DNA of 64,000 nucleotides, from assembly GCF_009914755.1 (NCBI RefSeq), contig NC_060933.1. The stretch is one strand, 5' to 3'. The notes beneath the pieces were generated by a model. It was given only the letters and a program-made list of their open reading frames with translations, was not told the origin of the DNA and did not search any database. Positions 16,260 through 28,599 of the stretch are shown here, one piece after another (the stretch's first letter is position 1; each line of letters opens with the position of its first letter). The translations under genes and the position numbers were made by a program. The stretch is from the human T2T-CHM13v2.0 reference genome, Homo sapiens.

Positions 16260-16531
16260 AAATATATATATATTTCATATATATATCTACTTCCAGTTAC
16301 TAAATATATATTATATATAATTACATTATATATGTACATCACAAACACTCAGGTTTAGTATATTAGACTTTGAGTTCAACTTTTAAACTTATTTAAATAT
16401 ATAAATATATATTATATGATATATATTAATATATATTATATATCATATAATATATACTATAATATATAATATAGTATATAATATATAATGTATATAATAT
16501 ATAATATATATTATATATAATAATATATAAT
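16260..16531. repeat. AT-rich low-complexity/(TA)n-like tract
   Basis: Direct reading. Confidence 0.85.
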
Positions 16532-16642
16532 GGAAAGGCAGCATGGTATGGGGAAAGAAAAAACAATAGAAGACCAGAATTTATTTCATTTTTATCATTA
16601 ATATTTTATCAGGCATATCACTTTAATTTTTAAACTTTCCCT

Positions 16643-16932
16643 TTTTTTTTTGTTTTTTTTTGAGATGAAGTCTCACTCTGTTGCCCAGGCTGGAGTGCAG
16701 TGGTGCGATCTCAGCTTACTGCAACCTCCGCCTCCCAGGTTCAAGAAGTTCTCTGCCTCAGCCTCCCATGTAGCTGGGATTACAGGCGCCTGCCACCACG
16801 CCCAGCTAATTTTTGTATTTTTATTAGTGACGGGGTTTCACCACCAACAGTCACAACTGTTGACCTCATGATCCACCTGCCTTGGCCTCCCAAAGTGCTG
16901 GGATTACAGGGGTGAGCCACTGTGCCCGACCC
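16643..16932 (-). mobile_element. AluS
   Basis: Alu consensus; aactttcc on both flanks. Confidence 0.88.
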
Positions 16933-17569
16933 AACTTTCCACTCTCTAAAGAGTAAAATGCTTATATCTTCTCTGACCTCTTACAGGGTAGTTACTGATC
17001 AAATGAGATAATATCTGTCACAGTATGCAAATATAAAACAGTATTATACTTTGAGAATCTTCTAACTCAGACTTACAAATCCATGTCTCTTGCCTGGTTA
17101 GTGGAATGTTACATAGTATTTTAGATGAGAACACCTTATGGAGAAAGCAGGAATAAAGAACCATAGTCAAGCTTTATGGCTATTAGCTCTTTTTAAGCTA
17201 ATAATTATTAGGCATTCTGACATATTTATAGCAGCACAGGAATGTCAGCCTTGAACATTGGCTTTTGACTCAAGCAGGAAAGAAATTGTCCTTGTGAAAT
17301 TGCAAGAAGATATCTAAAGATCGAAGGAAGCTATTTTTATCATATGAAAGCAAGTTTCACATGAAGCTGTTTTTTTCCAGTTATTGATAAATTCTGGTGT
17401 TGAGTTCCTTAAAACAAACACCTATGTAAAATTAAAAGTATACATAGACCTAATTCTTACATACACAGCATTTTTTTCCCTTAAACCAGATTGTGAACTT
17501 GGAATGTTAAGTTTCTTTGGTACTAGGAAATTTCATATTTACAGTTGACAAATTATATGTGTATTGCAG

Positions 17570-17668
17570 CCATTCTGTAGTCTTATTCAGATCCATGGAC
17601 ATAACAGGGCTCGACAGAGAGATAAGCTTGGTCATATTCTTGAGGAATTTGCCACCTTGCAGGATGAG
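17570..17668 (+). CDS. NAA35: NAA35 exon, [33 protein letters not shown]
   Basis: ttgcag|CCA...GAG|gtaaga; 99 bp; Mak10 NRARQR motif. Confidence 0.97.
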
Positions 17669-18242
17669 GTAAGAGCCAGGTTCCCCTCTCTTCTAAAATT
17701 AAATGATGCACACACTTTGTCCAGATTTTTAAAAACAATAATTCAGAACAATATTTTGACTAATTTTTCAACATGATCCACTTTTCACTTAAAATATAAC
17801 AGTTTCTTACACCAACGTTTACAAAATGAAACAGAACAATAATCCAAACTGATAGATATCTTAAATATTTCTTTGATAATAGGAATAAATTATGAAATAT
17901 GTATAAAATGATAGTTTTACAAGCTTACATTATAAAAAATATTAATACATTAATTTTAAAGTTAATTTGTGTGCAGCAGCAATATTGATAAGACCTGAAG
18001 TGTATTTGTATTTTTGTCCTTTAAAATTGATTTGGTTTAAGGCATGTTTAGGTAAATGTTAACCATTGTGAAATGAGAACTTCAAATGTAAACCTAACTA
18101 AAAATGCATTTAAAAATGTTTCTTTGGGTGGTCAGATTTAAATTTTCTGCTCATATTCTTTTTAGCTGTACGTTTTTTTAAAGTTCTGTCATTACCTTAA
18201 GAAAACAAAACGAACACAGTTTATGACATTTTATTTTAATAG

Positions 18243-18421
18243 GCAGAGAAGGTTGATGCAGCGCTTCACACCATGCTGTTGAAACAGGAACCCCAAAGGC
18301 AACATTTGGCCTGTTTAGGTACCTGGGTCCTTTACCATAACCTTCGCATTATGATACAGTACCTTCTAAGTGGCTTTGAATTGGAACTCTACAGTATGCA
18401 CGAGTACTATTACATATATTG
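18243..18421 (+). CDS. NAA35: NAA35 exon, [59 protein letters not shown](W)
   Basis: ttaatag|GCA...TG|gtaaga; 179 bp; GFELELY motif. Confidence 0.97.
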
Positions 18422-19451
18422 GTAAGAGCACAGTTTGAGTTAAAATTGGTGGTGGGTGCAATGGATAAGATCTGAGAATTCAGAGTTAATTTCAGGGTAC
18501 TTTTTCATTTAGTATATTTTATCTTTAGTTGTGGGACAGTTGGAAAAATTTGAAAATTAGAGCTAGATCATCTTGAATATCTTTAAGTGCTATAATATTG
18601 CATGAGTGTATTTTTCCAAATGTTTATGTAAAAATTAACAAAAAATGACTCCAAAGTAAATGGATTAATTGAAGATCATTTATTTGCTCCTATGGAGAAA
18701 AATTAACACATTTTGCCCTGAATTTGGTGGCACTAGCTGTGGATGTACTTGACAGTTAAACATCAAATTGGAATGAGGTCTGTCTTCTTGGAAGAAATCA
18801 TGACCAAGGTGATCACTGGGAGCATAACTGTTTCAAACCGTGGTGCTGAGGATTCACTTCAGGAGCTTTGGAGTTGATAAAAGATGATCTTCGGCAGAGT
18901 AGTTCTTCCCTTTCACTTGCGGACAAAATAAACCTAGTAAGAGGATGTTTGGAAAAGAGGATGTTTGAGCATATTTTAGGCATGTAAAAGCTGTCATAGA
19001 AAGAAAATAAGATTGAGTGTTAATGAATTCAGTTATTTTGAATTTTTTTCTCAGTCTGGCACATAATTTTAAACTAATGACCTGTGTTACTCATCACAAA
19101 CACTCAGGTTTAGTGTATTAGACTTTAATAGAGTTCAACTTTTAAACTTGTTTAAATTTTACCTAGTAATTAAGTTATTCTGTATTCTCTGAAGTCACTG
19201 CTGTGGGAGGGAAAGTAATTCTCTTCCATGCTGTTGATGTAGATTTTGTTATGAGCAGTGAAGGCTTTTGACAGACAACTCTTGCCTGTGAAAACTGAAT
19301 TTGAGCATCAACTATAGCAGTATGAGAATAATTTTCCTTGCTATATATTCTTCAACATTTATATAGATAATACCAAATAATCCTTACTAACAGGTATTTA
19401 TATAGCTACTTTGGATACTACATTTTGTTATTCATAGTAGACAATTCTGGT

Positions 19452-19590
19452 TTTGTTTTCGTTTCTGTTTTTTGAGGTGGGGTCTTGCCATGTTGCCCGG
19501 GTTGGTCCTGAACTCTTGGGTTGTCAGTCTTCCCACCTCAGCCTCTCAAGTAGGTGGGACTACAGATGTGCACCACTGCACCTGGCTACT
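19452..19590 (-). mobile_element. Alu monomer/fragment (FLAM/AluJ-like)
   Basis: Diverged Alu arm. Confidence 0.7.
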
Positions 19591-19982
19591 TTTGTTCCTT
19601 TTTATAGGGGAACATGCTCAGGTTCTTTTGTGGCTTGAAGCAGCTAATGGGACCTTTGTTCTTGATTTCTCAGATCAAAATATTATTTTTATATGCTTTT
19701 TTGCACAGAGAATTGGGATCTTAATTGAGCAAATAAATGAGACGCAGATAAATACTCCATTACACATTTGTCTATATACATAAGTAGATTTGTTTCTTTT
19801 CTTGTTAAAAGAACTTTAGTCTGCCCATAAATACCCTTGTGGTCTTTTCATAATTGGTTTTGAACTGCTTTTTAATTTCAAAATTACAGATTGGGCTCCT
19901 GCATTTCCCCGAGATAACCTTTAGTTGTTTTTCATGCATACGGTCCCTGAAGCATGTGGACTCTTTAAATCATCAGCAAAAA

Positions 19983-20168
19983 CAGTGATTCTTAAACTTT
20001 AACATGCATCATAATCACTTGGAAAGTGCATTAATACACAAATTTTTGGGCTAAGTTCCTAGAATTCCTGACCTGTTAGGTCTAGGGTGAGACCGAATAA
20101 TTTGCATTTCTAACTGGTTCTCAGGTGAACTGCTGCTGGCCCAGAGATGACAGTTTGAGAACCATTGG
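19983..20168. mobile_element. MER5A-like hAT DNA transposon
   Basis: Terminal inverted repeats cagtgattcttaaact...agtttgagaaccattg; internal tttgcatttctaac. Confidence 0.75.
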
Positions 20169-21065
20169 TATAGAATATCAGCACTCTCTTAGACATAAAT
20201 GTATATTAATTTTGATAAAGCACTTAATAAAAGATCATTGAGGTACCTGATATTTGAGAAGAAAAGGCTGCATCTTAGTTGTCCCCTTCACTCATGTGTC
20301 CTTAGGTTAGATAAACAGAAGGTAGAAGACATCATCAGTTGCCTATAGAAATCCTTCACTTGAATTAAGATATATGAGTTGTTATGGACTCTCACATTTT
20401 GTAGGGTGGCAGGGAACAAAATTCAGTTATATGGTATAAAAGGGTACTATAGTAAATGTTTTTCTTAAATTCAGGGCCAGGAATTGTTTACTCTCCATAT
20501 GAAATTATAGGCCTTATTATGTTATGAAATGCATATATATTTTTATATATATATATATCTCGTAGATTTGAAGACTTTTCTGGCTTAGCAGTGTTAAAGT
20601 TCTGAAAAATTAGTGTCTGGTAGAGAATGTTCTGTTTTATATTTCATTTATTAAATAAACTCAAGTAAATTGTAAATGTGAATGTTCTTAATTTTTAAGA
20701 ATGATTTTATATAATGCCGATAATTTTTTATCTTTTTCTGATTTTATTTGCTTTGTGATTAAAAGAAAATATTTATAGACTGAACTGAACTGTGTTCTGA
20801 TATAATAAAAACTTAATGGGCATTCATTTGATTTGCATATGTACATGTATAATTATCAAGAAATCTTCTGGAAAGTTGTAAAATGTAGAAAGGGAAAATT
20901 AATCCTTATGTTCATTTCTTGTAAGATCTAATCTATTATCTAATGAATGATCTGTTTTTAAAGACCTAAAGCATTATTTGAAATATCTATCGTTGTTAAT
21001 ATATGTGTTGATAAAGCTGTCTCATTTAGACATCTACCATTAACTAACATTTTGTATCCTTTAAG

Positions 21066-21202
21066 GTATCTCTCTGAATTCCTTTACGCATGGTTGATGT
21101 CAACATTGAGTCGTGCCGATGGCTCTCAAATGGCAGAGGAAAGGATAATGGAAGAGCAGCAGAAAGGCCGTAGTAGTAAAAAAACAAAGAAAAAAAAGAA
21201 AG
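21066..21202 (+). CDS. NAA35: NAA35 exon, [44 protein letters not shown](K)
   Basis: ctttaag|G...AAAG|gtgctg; 137 bp; phase consistent. Confidence 0.95.
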
Positions 21203-22024
21203 GTGCTGTGGATTATTTTTAAACTTAAGAACAGAGTGTACTTTAATTTCTACAGATAAATAGATGGAGAGCTACTCGTGAGTTGGTCATTATATTTTAG
21301 TTCTTGTTCCTCTTTTCAGAAACTATAAGGTAGAGACTGAGTCCCAGTATCAATGACATAAGCTTTTTGGTTCCTTTCTTTGCTTTCATTTCTTTGCTGT
21401 TCTGTGTATCAGAGAATCTTTGATCAAGAAGTAGCCACGTGGAGTGTGCAAGCAAGATATCGGTGAGGGAACAAGACAGCAGGAGGCCAGTGACCTATTG
21501 ACAGAGCCAGATAGCTCAGGAGGGCAGTAGTTCTGGAGCTGTGCTGTGGTAGCGGGCACCGAAAGGTGGTTACAGAGCGCCTTGAGGCATCACCCAAGAA
21601 CCATGAGGACAGAGAACCGTTTCAAAGGGACTGCCCTATTGATCACTTAGGGAAGGCTATAGATATGGCTGCAATTATTATAAAATACTACTTCATATTT
21701 CCTTAGGACTTAAAGCAGTTTGGATGGGTCATTAAATCACTGTATTTGTGGGTTTCCTATATAAGAGGTTAAATCTCTGGTGAATTCAGAAAAGTTATAA
21801 TTACTTTATACTGGAATTTTATAGTATTAGCTATTTGGGGACATGATTATTATATTTTATTTGTAGATTTTGACCATAAATAAAATTTAACCTGTAGGAA
21901 CACACTGAAGTTTTAATTTAGTATACAAGCTGAAAGATTTTTTAAAATTAGATTTTCTTTTGCAGTAATGCAAGAGGGAGGAGGAAAAGATTATGGAAGA
22001 TTACGTTTTTCTTTCTAATTACAG

Positions 22025-22092
22025 TTCGCCCATTGAGCCGAGAGATCACAATGAGCCAAGCATATCAGAACATGTGTGCTGGAATGTTTAAA
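22025..22092 (+). CDS. NAA35: NAA35 exon, (V)[22 protein letters not shown]
   Basis: ttacag|TT...AAA|gtaagt; 68 bp. Confidence 0.96.
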
Positions 22093-22781
22093 GTAAGTTG
22101 TTGAAAGTGAAGTTCTTTTTGCCTTTTAGCTATATCCCTATTATATAGTTTATTTAAACTGTTTTCTGTGATTCTTTCCATATTATAATTTCACCTTTGT
22201 TTTACTTCCTGTCTGCTTGAAGATTACCTTTATTATCATTAATTTTTTCAACAACCATTTGAACCCTTGCTTATGTGTGAGACACTTTGTACTGAGTACA
22301 TTGCAGGAGATACCAATTCTATATGGTCCTTGTTTGAAGTCTCCAGTGACAGGCCAGTTGATGTATCTGTGACAGGTAGTAAGAAAAGGAAGAGAGTACT
22401 TCTGATTGATGATCAGGCAAGGCTTCGTGGAAGAGATGGAATTTAGGTTTTTTAGGAGTGTATTAGGAAGAGGGTGAGCTCCACAACGAATGGCTTAAGC
22501 AAAAGCAGGTCTTTTCAAAAGGCAGTGGGTACTAACTCTTAAGTTGTACTTGGCAGTCCAAGAAATCATTTGAGGTGACTCACATTAAAATGCATAAAGC
22601 AGAACATGGACTTCTCTTTGAAAATAGGACCTGTGCTTATGACAATTATATGTCCTCATTTCTTCAGAAGTGTTTGCTTGAAGGTTTTAAATAGCTGTTT
22701 CTTGTCTTCCATTCTGTATTGATGAGTGTTCACTTTTTTCATATTGATTTCATCTTTTTTCTTATTCCCTTTTTCATTTAG

Positions 22782-22922
22782 ACCATGGTAGCATTTGACA
22801 TGGACGGCAAAGTACGTAAACCGAAGTTTGAGCTTGATAGTGAACAAGTTCGGTATGAACACAGGTTTGCTCCATTCAACAGTGTGATGACCCCGCCGCC
22901 AGTGCACTACTTACAGTTCAAG
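22782..22922 (+). CDS. NAA35: NAA35 exon, [47 protein letters not shown]
   Basis: catttag|ACC...AAG|gtgaac; 141 bp; RYEHRFAPF motif. Confidence 0.97.
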
Positions 22923-23225
22923 GTGAACCTGCTCAATGAACTTGTTATGAAATCTTTAGTCTTAGACCTTCTTAGAGAGATGCTGTTTGTACCTAGCCAT
23001 CTTGTTACATTAACAGTTATTTAAATCATAAGAATAATATGAGGTAGCATATGAGGGTTGAGAATTATATATTACCTAGGAAAAAATAGGGAGATGTGCT
23101 GAATGTTTGCCCCAGTGTCTGTGTATGAGTGGATAGAAAATGTAGAATTCTTTAATAATTAGAAATGGGATTTTAGAGTTGTTCATATTAAACGTGTTTT
23201 GAATTATACTTCCCCTTCTTTTTAG

Positions 23226-23348
23226 GAAATGTCTGACCTCAATAAATATAGCCCTCCTCCTCAGTCTCCTGAACTGTATGTGGCAGCTAGTAAGCACTTT
23301 CAACAGGCAAAAATGATATTGGAAAATATTCCTAACCCGGACCATGAG
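23226..23348 (+). CDS. NAA35: NAA35 exon, [41 protein letters not shown]
   Basis: ttttag|GAA...GAG|gtgaga; 123 bp. Confidence 0.96.
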
Positions 23349-23702
23349 GTGAGACTGGATTCACAGTAATTCTAGGGGAAAAGCGTGGCAGGAAATACAT
23401 CTCTTACTGCTGGATGAAAGTTAATTATGAAAGTGAACTTTAATAGTGTTAGTGAATAGAACTTGGCGTGTTTCTGCGAAGGATTTCAGGTAGTTTTGTC
23501 AAACTAACGTTGTCAGACTTCAAGTTATTTTAAGAATGAGGTGATATAAATATCTGCTTTGTATAAATTTAGAAGTCAATGCAAAGACAAATTACAACTC
23601 AAAATCATAAAGAAGGATAAGCATAAGATCCAGACTGATCTGATTCATAGCTCAAAATGTAAGCATTGAAACATTTCTGTTTTAATCAGTAGTTTGTTAA
23701 AG

Positions 23703-24009
<307 letters not shown>

Positions 24010-24239
24010 CTAAGTCTTACATAAGTATGAAAAATGACCGGGTCAGTTATCACCGGAACAACCTTATTCCACTTGACCATTTAAAATAAAGGCTACTGCT
24101 TTTGAAAACTCTGAGATATCAAAATAAACTTGGAAAAAAATTGTTTCAGGCTTTTGGTATTTTAATAATTTACCATATCCCTAATTTTATTGAAATACAT
24201 TTATTTTCTAAAAGTTACTGTAACGTGTACATACTGTTT

Positions 24240-24780
24240 TGGGAAGTATATCTTGGGACCGCTTCCATAGAGGCGTAGCTTAGCAGTGTTTGTCAAAAAT
24301 CATTAATGCTTAGAGTCAGCAATTCTGCTTTTTGGGATTTATATAGAGACATGAACACATATAGGAAGTGAGAGTGACGAATATAAGAGTATTCATTGCA
24401 GCAGGATTTCTAATAGCAAAAAGTAGGAAGAAACAGTAGTATCCATCAACAGGGGACTAATAAATTATGATACATTCATACAGTGGAATACTGTGCAGCC
24501 TTAAGAAGGATGAGGAAGATCTTTATGTACTGTGATGGAATGCTCCTTATGATTTAAGAAATCTAAAAAGAAAGGTGCAGTTTAATATGCATAGTATGGT
24601 GCAGTTTCAATAAAAGGGGGCAAGGAAGCCTATATGTATGTGTGCGAGTATAAAATATCTTTATAAAGATAATATCAGAATTGGTAGTTTTGTTTCCTTC
24701 CTTGGAGGGAAGCAGAGTGCCTGGAAGAGAGATAGGAGAGACACTTTTTAAAAATTATATGTACCATCTAAGAAAATATA
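24240..24780 (+). mobile_element. L1ME-like 3' fragment
   Basis: aaattatgatacattcatacagtggaatactgtgcagcc motif. Confidence 0.6.
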
Positions 24781-25066
24781 AAGGGGGAGTCTAAAAATTT
24801 GAGGAGCTACCTATGATGACATATTTCATTTAGTGAAACTTCATTTATTCAAAGATGAGTCTGTGCTCCTAATACTATGCTGTGCTGCCTTTTCAGGACT
24901 TTGCAGCCTAATTTTTTTGTTATTCAGGAAAGCAAGATAAGGTAGCCATTTCAATTCAGAGTTAATTGAAATGAAGTTCTATATTATTAAAAGAAATATA
25001 TTTATAATTTTAAATTGCTTTTATTTAATAAAACATCAACACTTCCATTATACAAAGTTTCTATTA

Positions 25067-25360
<294 letters not shown>

Positions 25361-25415
25361 AGAGAAATTTTGACTATGAAGTTAATGTTTCAGTAGTTTT
25401 ATGTTCATGTTTCAG

Positions 25416-25496
25416 GTTAATAGAATTTTAAAGGTTGCCAAACCCAACTTTGTGGTTATGAAGTTATTGGCAGGAGGACACAAAAAGGAATCTAAA
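25416..25496 (+). CDS. NAA35: NAA35 penultimate exon, [27 protein letters not shown]
   Basis: tttcag|GTT...AAA|gtgagt; 81 bp. Confidence 0.96.
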
Positions 25497-26427
25497 GTGA
25501 GTACATTGTGGGAAAAATAAGTGGTCTTAGATTATTGTGAAGTTTCATAATTTTTGCAATAAGATGTGTAAATATTACAGGAAAAATTAAACCACTGAAC
25601 AAAAATCATTCTAAAAATTTTAGTTCAGCAGCAAAAAATTAGAGCTTGCCATTTTGTCTTGAGATGTGTATTTTGTTGAGTTAAAATTTCTAAAGTCTGC
25701 CTATACGTTTTCCATCTCCTTGCTGTGTAAATTACTGAATAACTTGGGGTAAAAAAAGAAAATTTATGTAAAGAAATTTTATGGGAGAAGTATGAGGTAT
25801 TTAAAAGTCATCTGCCTTTGGGAAAGTGAATGCTTTAATAATGAAAGACTTCTTTGTAATGGCTCAGAAGAGGAAGAGTCTAAGCTTTTCTTGGTAATGT
25901 TATATCATCCATGCTACGTCATCATTTCAGAGCAGAGATTCTGCGCTGTGGAGAGGCCAGCCGCGGAGGCACCGTGGGGGCATTTGCCTGTGTGTGTTGT
26001 GCACCTTTTCTTCCATTGTTTCCTGTGATCTGCCTTCCTCCTCTCCTGCCCTGGTTTCCTACTGACTGACTCTCATCTCATTGCTTAGTTCTATCAGTTA
26101 CCTGGAGCTAAAAAGTGTGCTGACCCCTGATCTAACTGAATGCCTTTCCTATAATTTTTGACTATTTATCTTTTAACTGTTCTTTGAAGATAGAAAACAG
26201 CTGGTCAGCCTGTTTTCTTATGATCTTCATAAAACTCAAAAACAAATTAATCGTTTTTCTTCCAGGTTAGTTCCTACCTTTTTTGTCATTAACCTAGTTT
26301 TTAAAATCTATTTTGTGCTGCCTTGTTTCTAAGAACACAAGAAACTCTAAAATAAAAATAGTCTTTGTTTTGTGTACCATCTGAATATTTGTAGATACAT
26401 TAATTGAGTTTCGTTTTTCTTTAACAG

Positions 26428-26487
26428 GTTCCTCCTGAATTTGATTTCTCTGCTCATAAATATTTTCCTGTTGTGAAACTTGTTTGA
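26428..26487 (+). CDS. NAA35: NAA35 terminal coding exon, VPPEFDFSAHKYFPVVKLV*; N-alpha-acetyltransferase 35, NatC auxiliary subunit
   Basis: ttaacag|GTT...TGA (26485-26487); the 12 exons total 1301 nt with no internal stop. Confidence 0.97.
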   Translation, partial: VPPEFDFSAHKYFPVVKLV

Positions 26488-26800
26488 GAGAGACTGGGAA
26501 GGTGGCCATAAAGGGGCAGAGTCTTCTTTCAGACCCAACTCTTAGAGGGCACATCACCAGGCTCCACATCACGGGAAGTGAGATGGATTTCTTGGGTAAC
26601 AACTCATTATAAGGAATACTTTTAGTTTGACAGCCTTATATGACATGAATGAAAACTGCTGTTTTAAAGTGGTTTATTATGTTCCATGGAAGAAACTGGT
26701 CTTATTGAATGCATTGATGAACGTTATATGGTTTTATTACAGATTTAATCACAAATCATTTTTTATGAATGATTGAGTGAAAATAGTGTTTATAAAGGTT

Positions 26801-26806
26801 AATAAA
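26801..26806 (+). terminator. NAA35: NAA35 polyadenylation signal AATAAA (3'UTR ~26488-26820)
   Basis: Canonical hexamer ~315 nt after the stop; a genomic A10 follows at 26816-26825. Confidence 0.75.
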
Positions 26807-28374
26807 TTTCTTGACAAAAAAAAAATGCACTGCTGGAGATGAAAAACAGTAGGTCTTTGTCCATGTTAAGAACTGAAGAAGGTGTATGCTCTTTAACATT
26901 TGAGTAGTTCCAAAAACGTTATCCAAAAGAAGTTTCAAATCAAGGGATTAATTAAACACTTGTATGAGATTTTGGTAAAATACATTTAGAAGGGATTTTT
27001 GGGAGGGCCTCTAAATTACATGAAAATTGTGATTTTTATGTGTCATGACATCACAAATTATATATCTGTAAGAATACAGATGTGTAAAAAAAATCCTTTT
27101 AGCACTTTTAAAAGATTATACATTGTTTGCTGGTGACATGCAAAAAGGAGGCAGATAGAAATGTATATAGATTAAAATTTAGGACTAGGTTTAAATGTGG
27201 TGTACTTTTTGTTTACTTCATATTCAGTTTAACCCATGAAACATTTTCAAATGGGTGTCTGTTCAGTATCCTCTGGCTTTGAAAAACTGACTACATCCCC
27301 CTGTGCTTGCAAGTGCCTGCTGCCAGAGGCCCTCCCCTTCCTTTCCTGCTTGTCCTGTGTCTGCTCTGATGTTTGCGGTGGCAGCTTTCTAGGCCTCTTG
27401 GGCCTTCCTTTTTGTCCTCTGTAGCAGGCAATACTCTTAGCAAAATGAGTTACTCTGTGGTGTAAATTGGCTTTGGTGGCTTAGCCTAAGACTAGTGACA
27501 GTTTTATATTTGGTCTGTGGTTAAAAGGGTTCTCAGCTTCAAATATCTTAACTCTGATTTGGTACCTTTCATAAAAACATGATAGTATAGTGAAACTTTT
27601 CTGGCAGTACTTTAAAGCAGCTAACCTGACTGAACTTGCTAAGGGTGTTCCTGTTGCCCCTCTTTGCAGCTAATGAGCCCTCTTGGCTCTCCTTTCCAAG
27701 AGCGGTAATACTTGTGTTATTCAAGAACAGCCATTAGGTGTCCTGAAATTTCAGAACCGAAAAATCTTAAAAAAAATTATTTTTTAAGTAGCCTGTACAA
27801 TAGAAACTTCAATTATGGAGAGACAAAGAGTATACCTGTTACTGATGTAGTTACTTTGTTGAGAATGAAAACTGTTTCTGGCTGGTAATTACTGAATGCT
27901 TTAAACAAAAAAAGGCAAAGGAATGGTAGGAAATAGGCAAGACAAGAAACAAAGAATCAAAAGAAAAAGCAAAGAGGAAAACAGAATGAGCATGGACATT
28001 TGGCAAACAACCAAGAAGAGAGCCTGAAGCAAGTTAGAAAGCTGAGAAATTATTATTCTTTCCCAGTGGCCAAGATACAAAGTATAAAAAATATGTCCCC
28101 CTTAAAAGCAAAAAAAGGAATGTAGATTAATGCAACAAGGGCCCTGCTAGATGATGGGATCACTTTTAATTAAGAGGGTGTGCTGGCATTTTTTAGCTAC
28201 TATGTCTGATTGGGTCTGCTGGTATAGACGAGCATCTAGGTTATTTTGAAGTAGGTCTTCCTAAGTAAAAGTTTTCCTATTAACCCATTATCAACTAAAA
28301 AAGATTGATTAGTGTTAGATTTATCAGTGTATGTTACTGACAGAATCATGTGGTTTCCTTTAAGTAGCTTTAAT

Positions 28375-28505
28375 TTTTGGTTTTTAGTTTGTTTAGAGAG
28401 GAGGTTTCACTATGTTGCCCAAACTGACCCAAACTTGTGGGCTCAAGCAGTCCTCCTGCCTCAGCCCCCAGAGTAGCTGGGATTATAGGCAAATGCCTGC
28501 TTGGC
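28375..28505 (-). mobile_element. FLAM-like Alu monomer
   Basis: Single diverged arm. Confidence 0.7.
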
Positions 28506-28599
28506 TAGTTTTTGTTTTTAAACAGCAGGTTTCTAATTATAAAAACAAATTTGCCATTTTATAATTTTTAAAGTAATCTGCCATTCAAGGTACTTACTG

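Noticed and set aside
18217-18242. Alternative CAG acceptor 23 nt upstream of an NAA35 exon
   Set aside because: Preceded by an A-rich, not pyrimidine, tract and out of frame; not supportable from sequence alone
21054-21061. GTATCCTT U12-type donor consensus
   Set aside because: Lies within the pyrimidine tract of a normal U2 acceptor, with no upstream exon or matching U12 intron; all real donors here are U2-type
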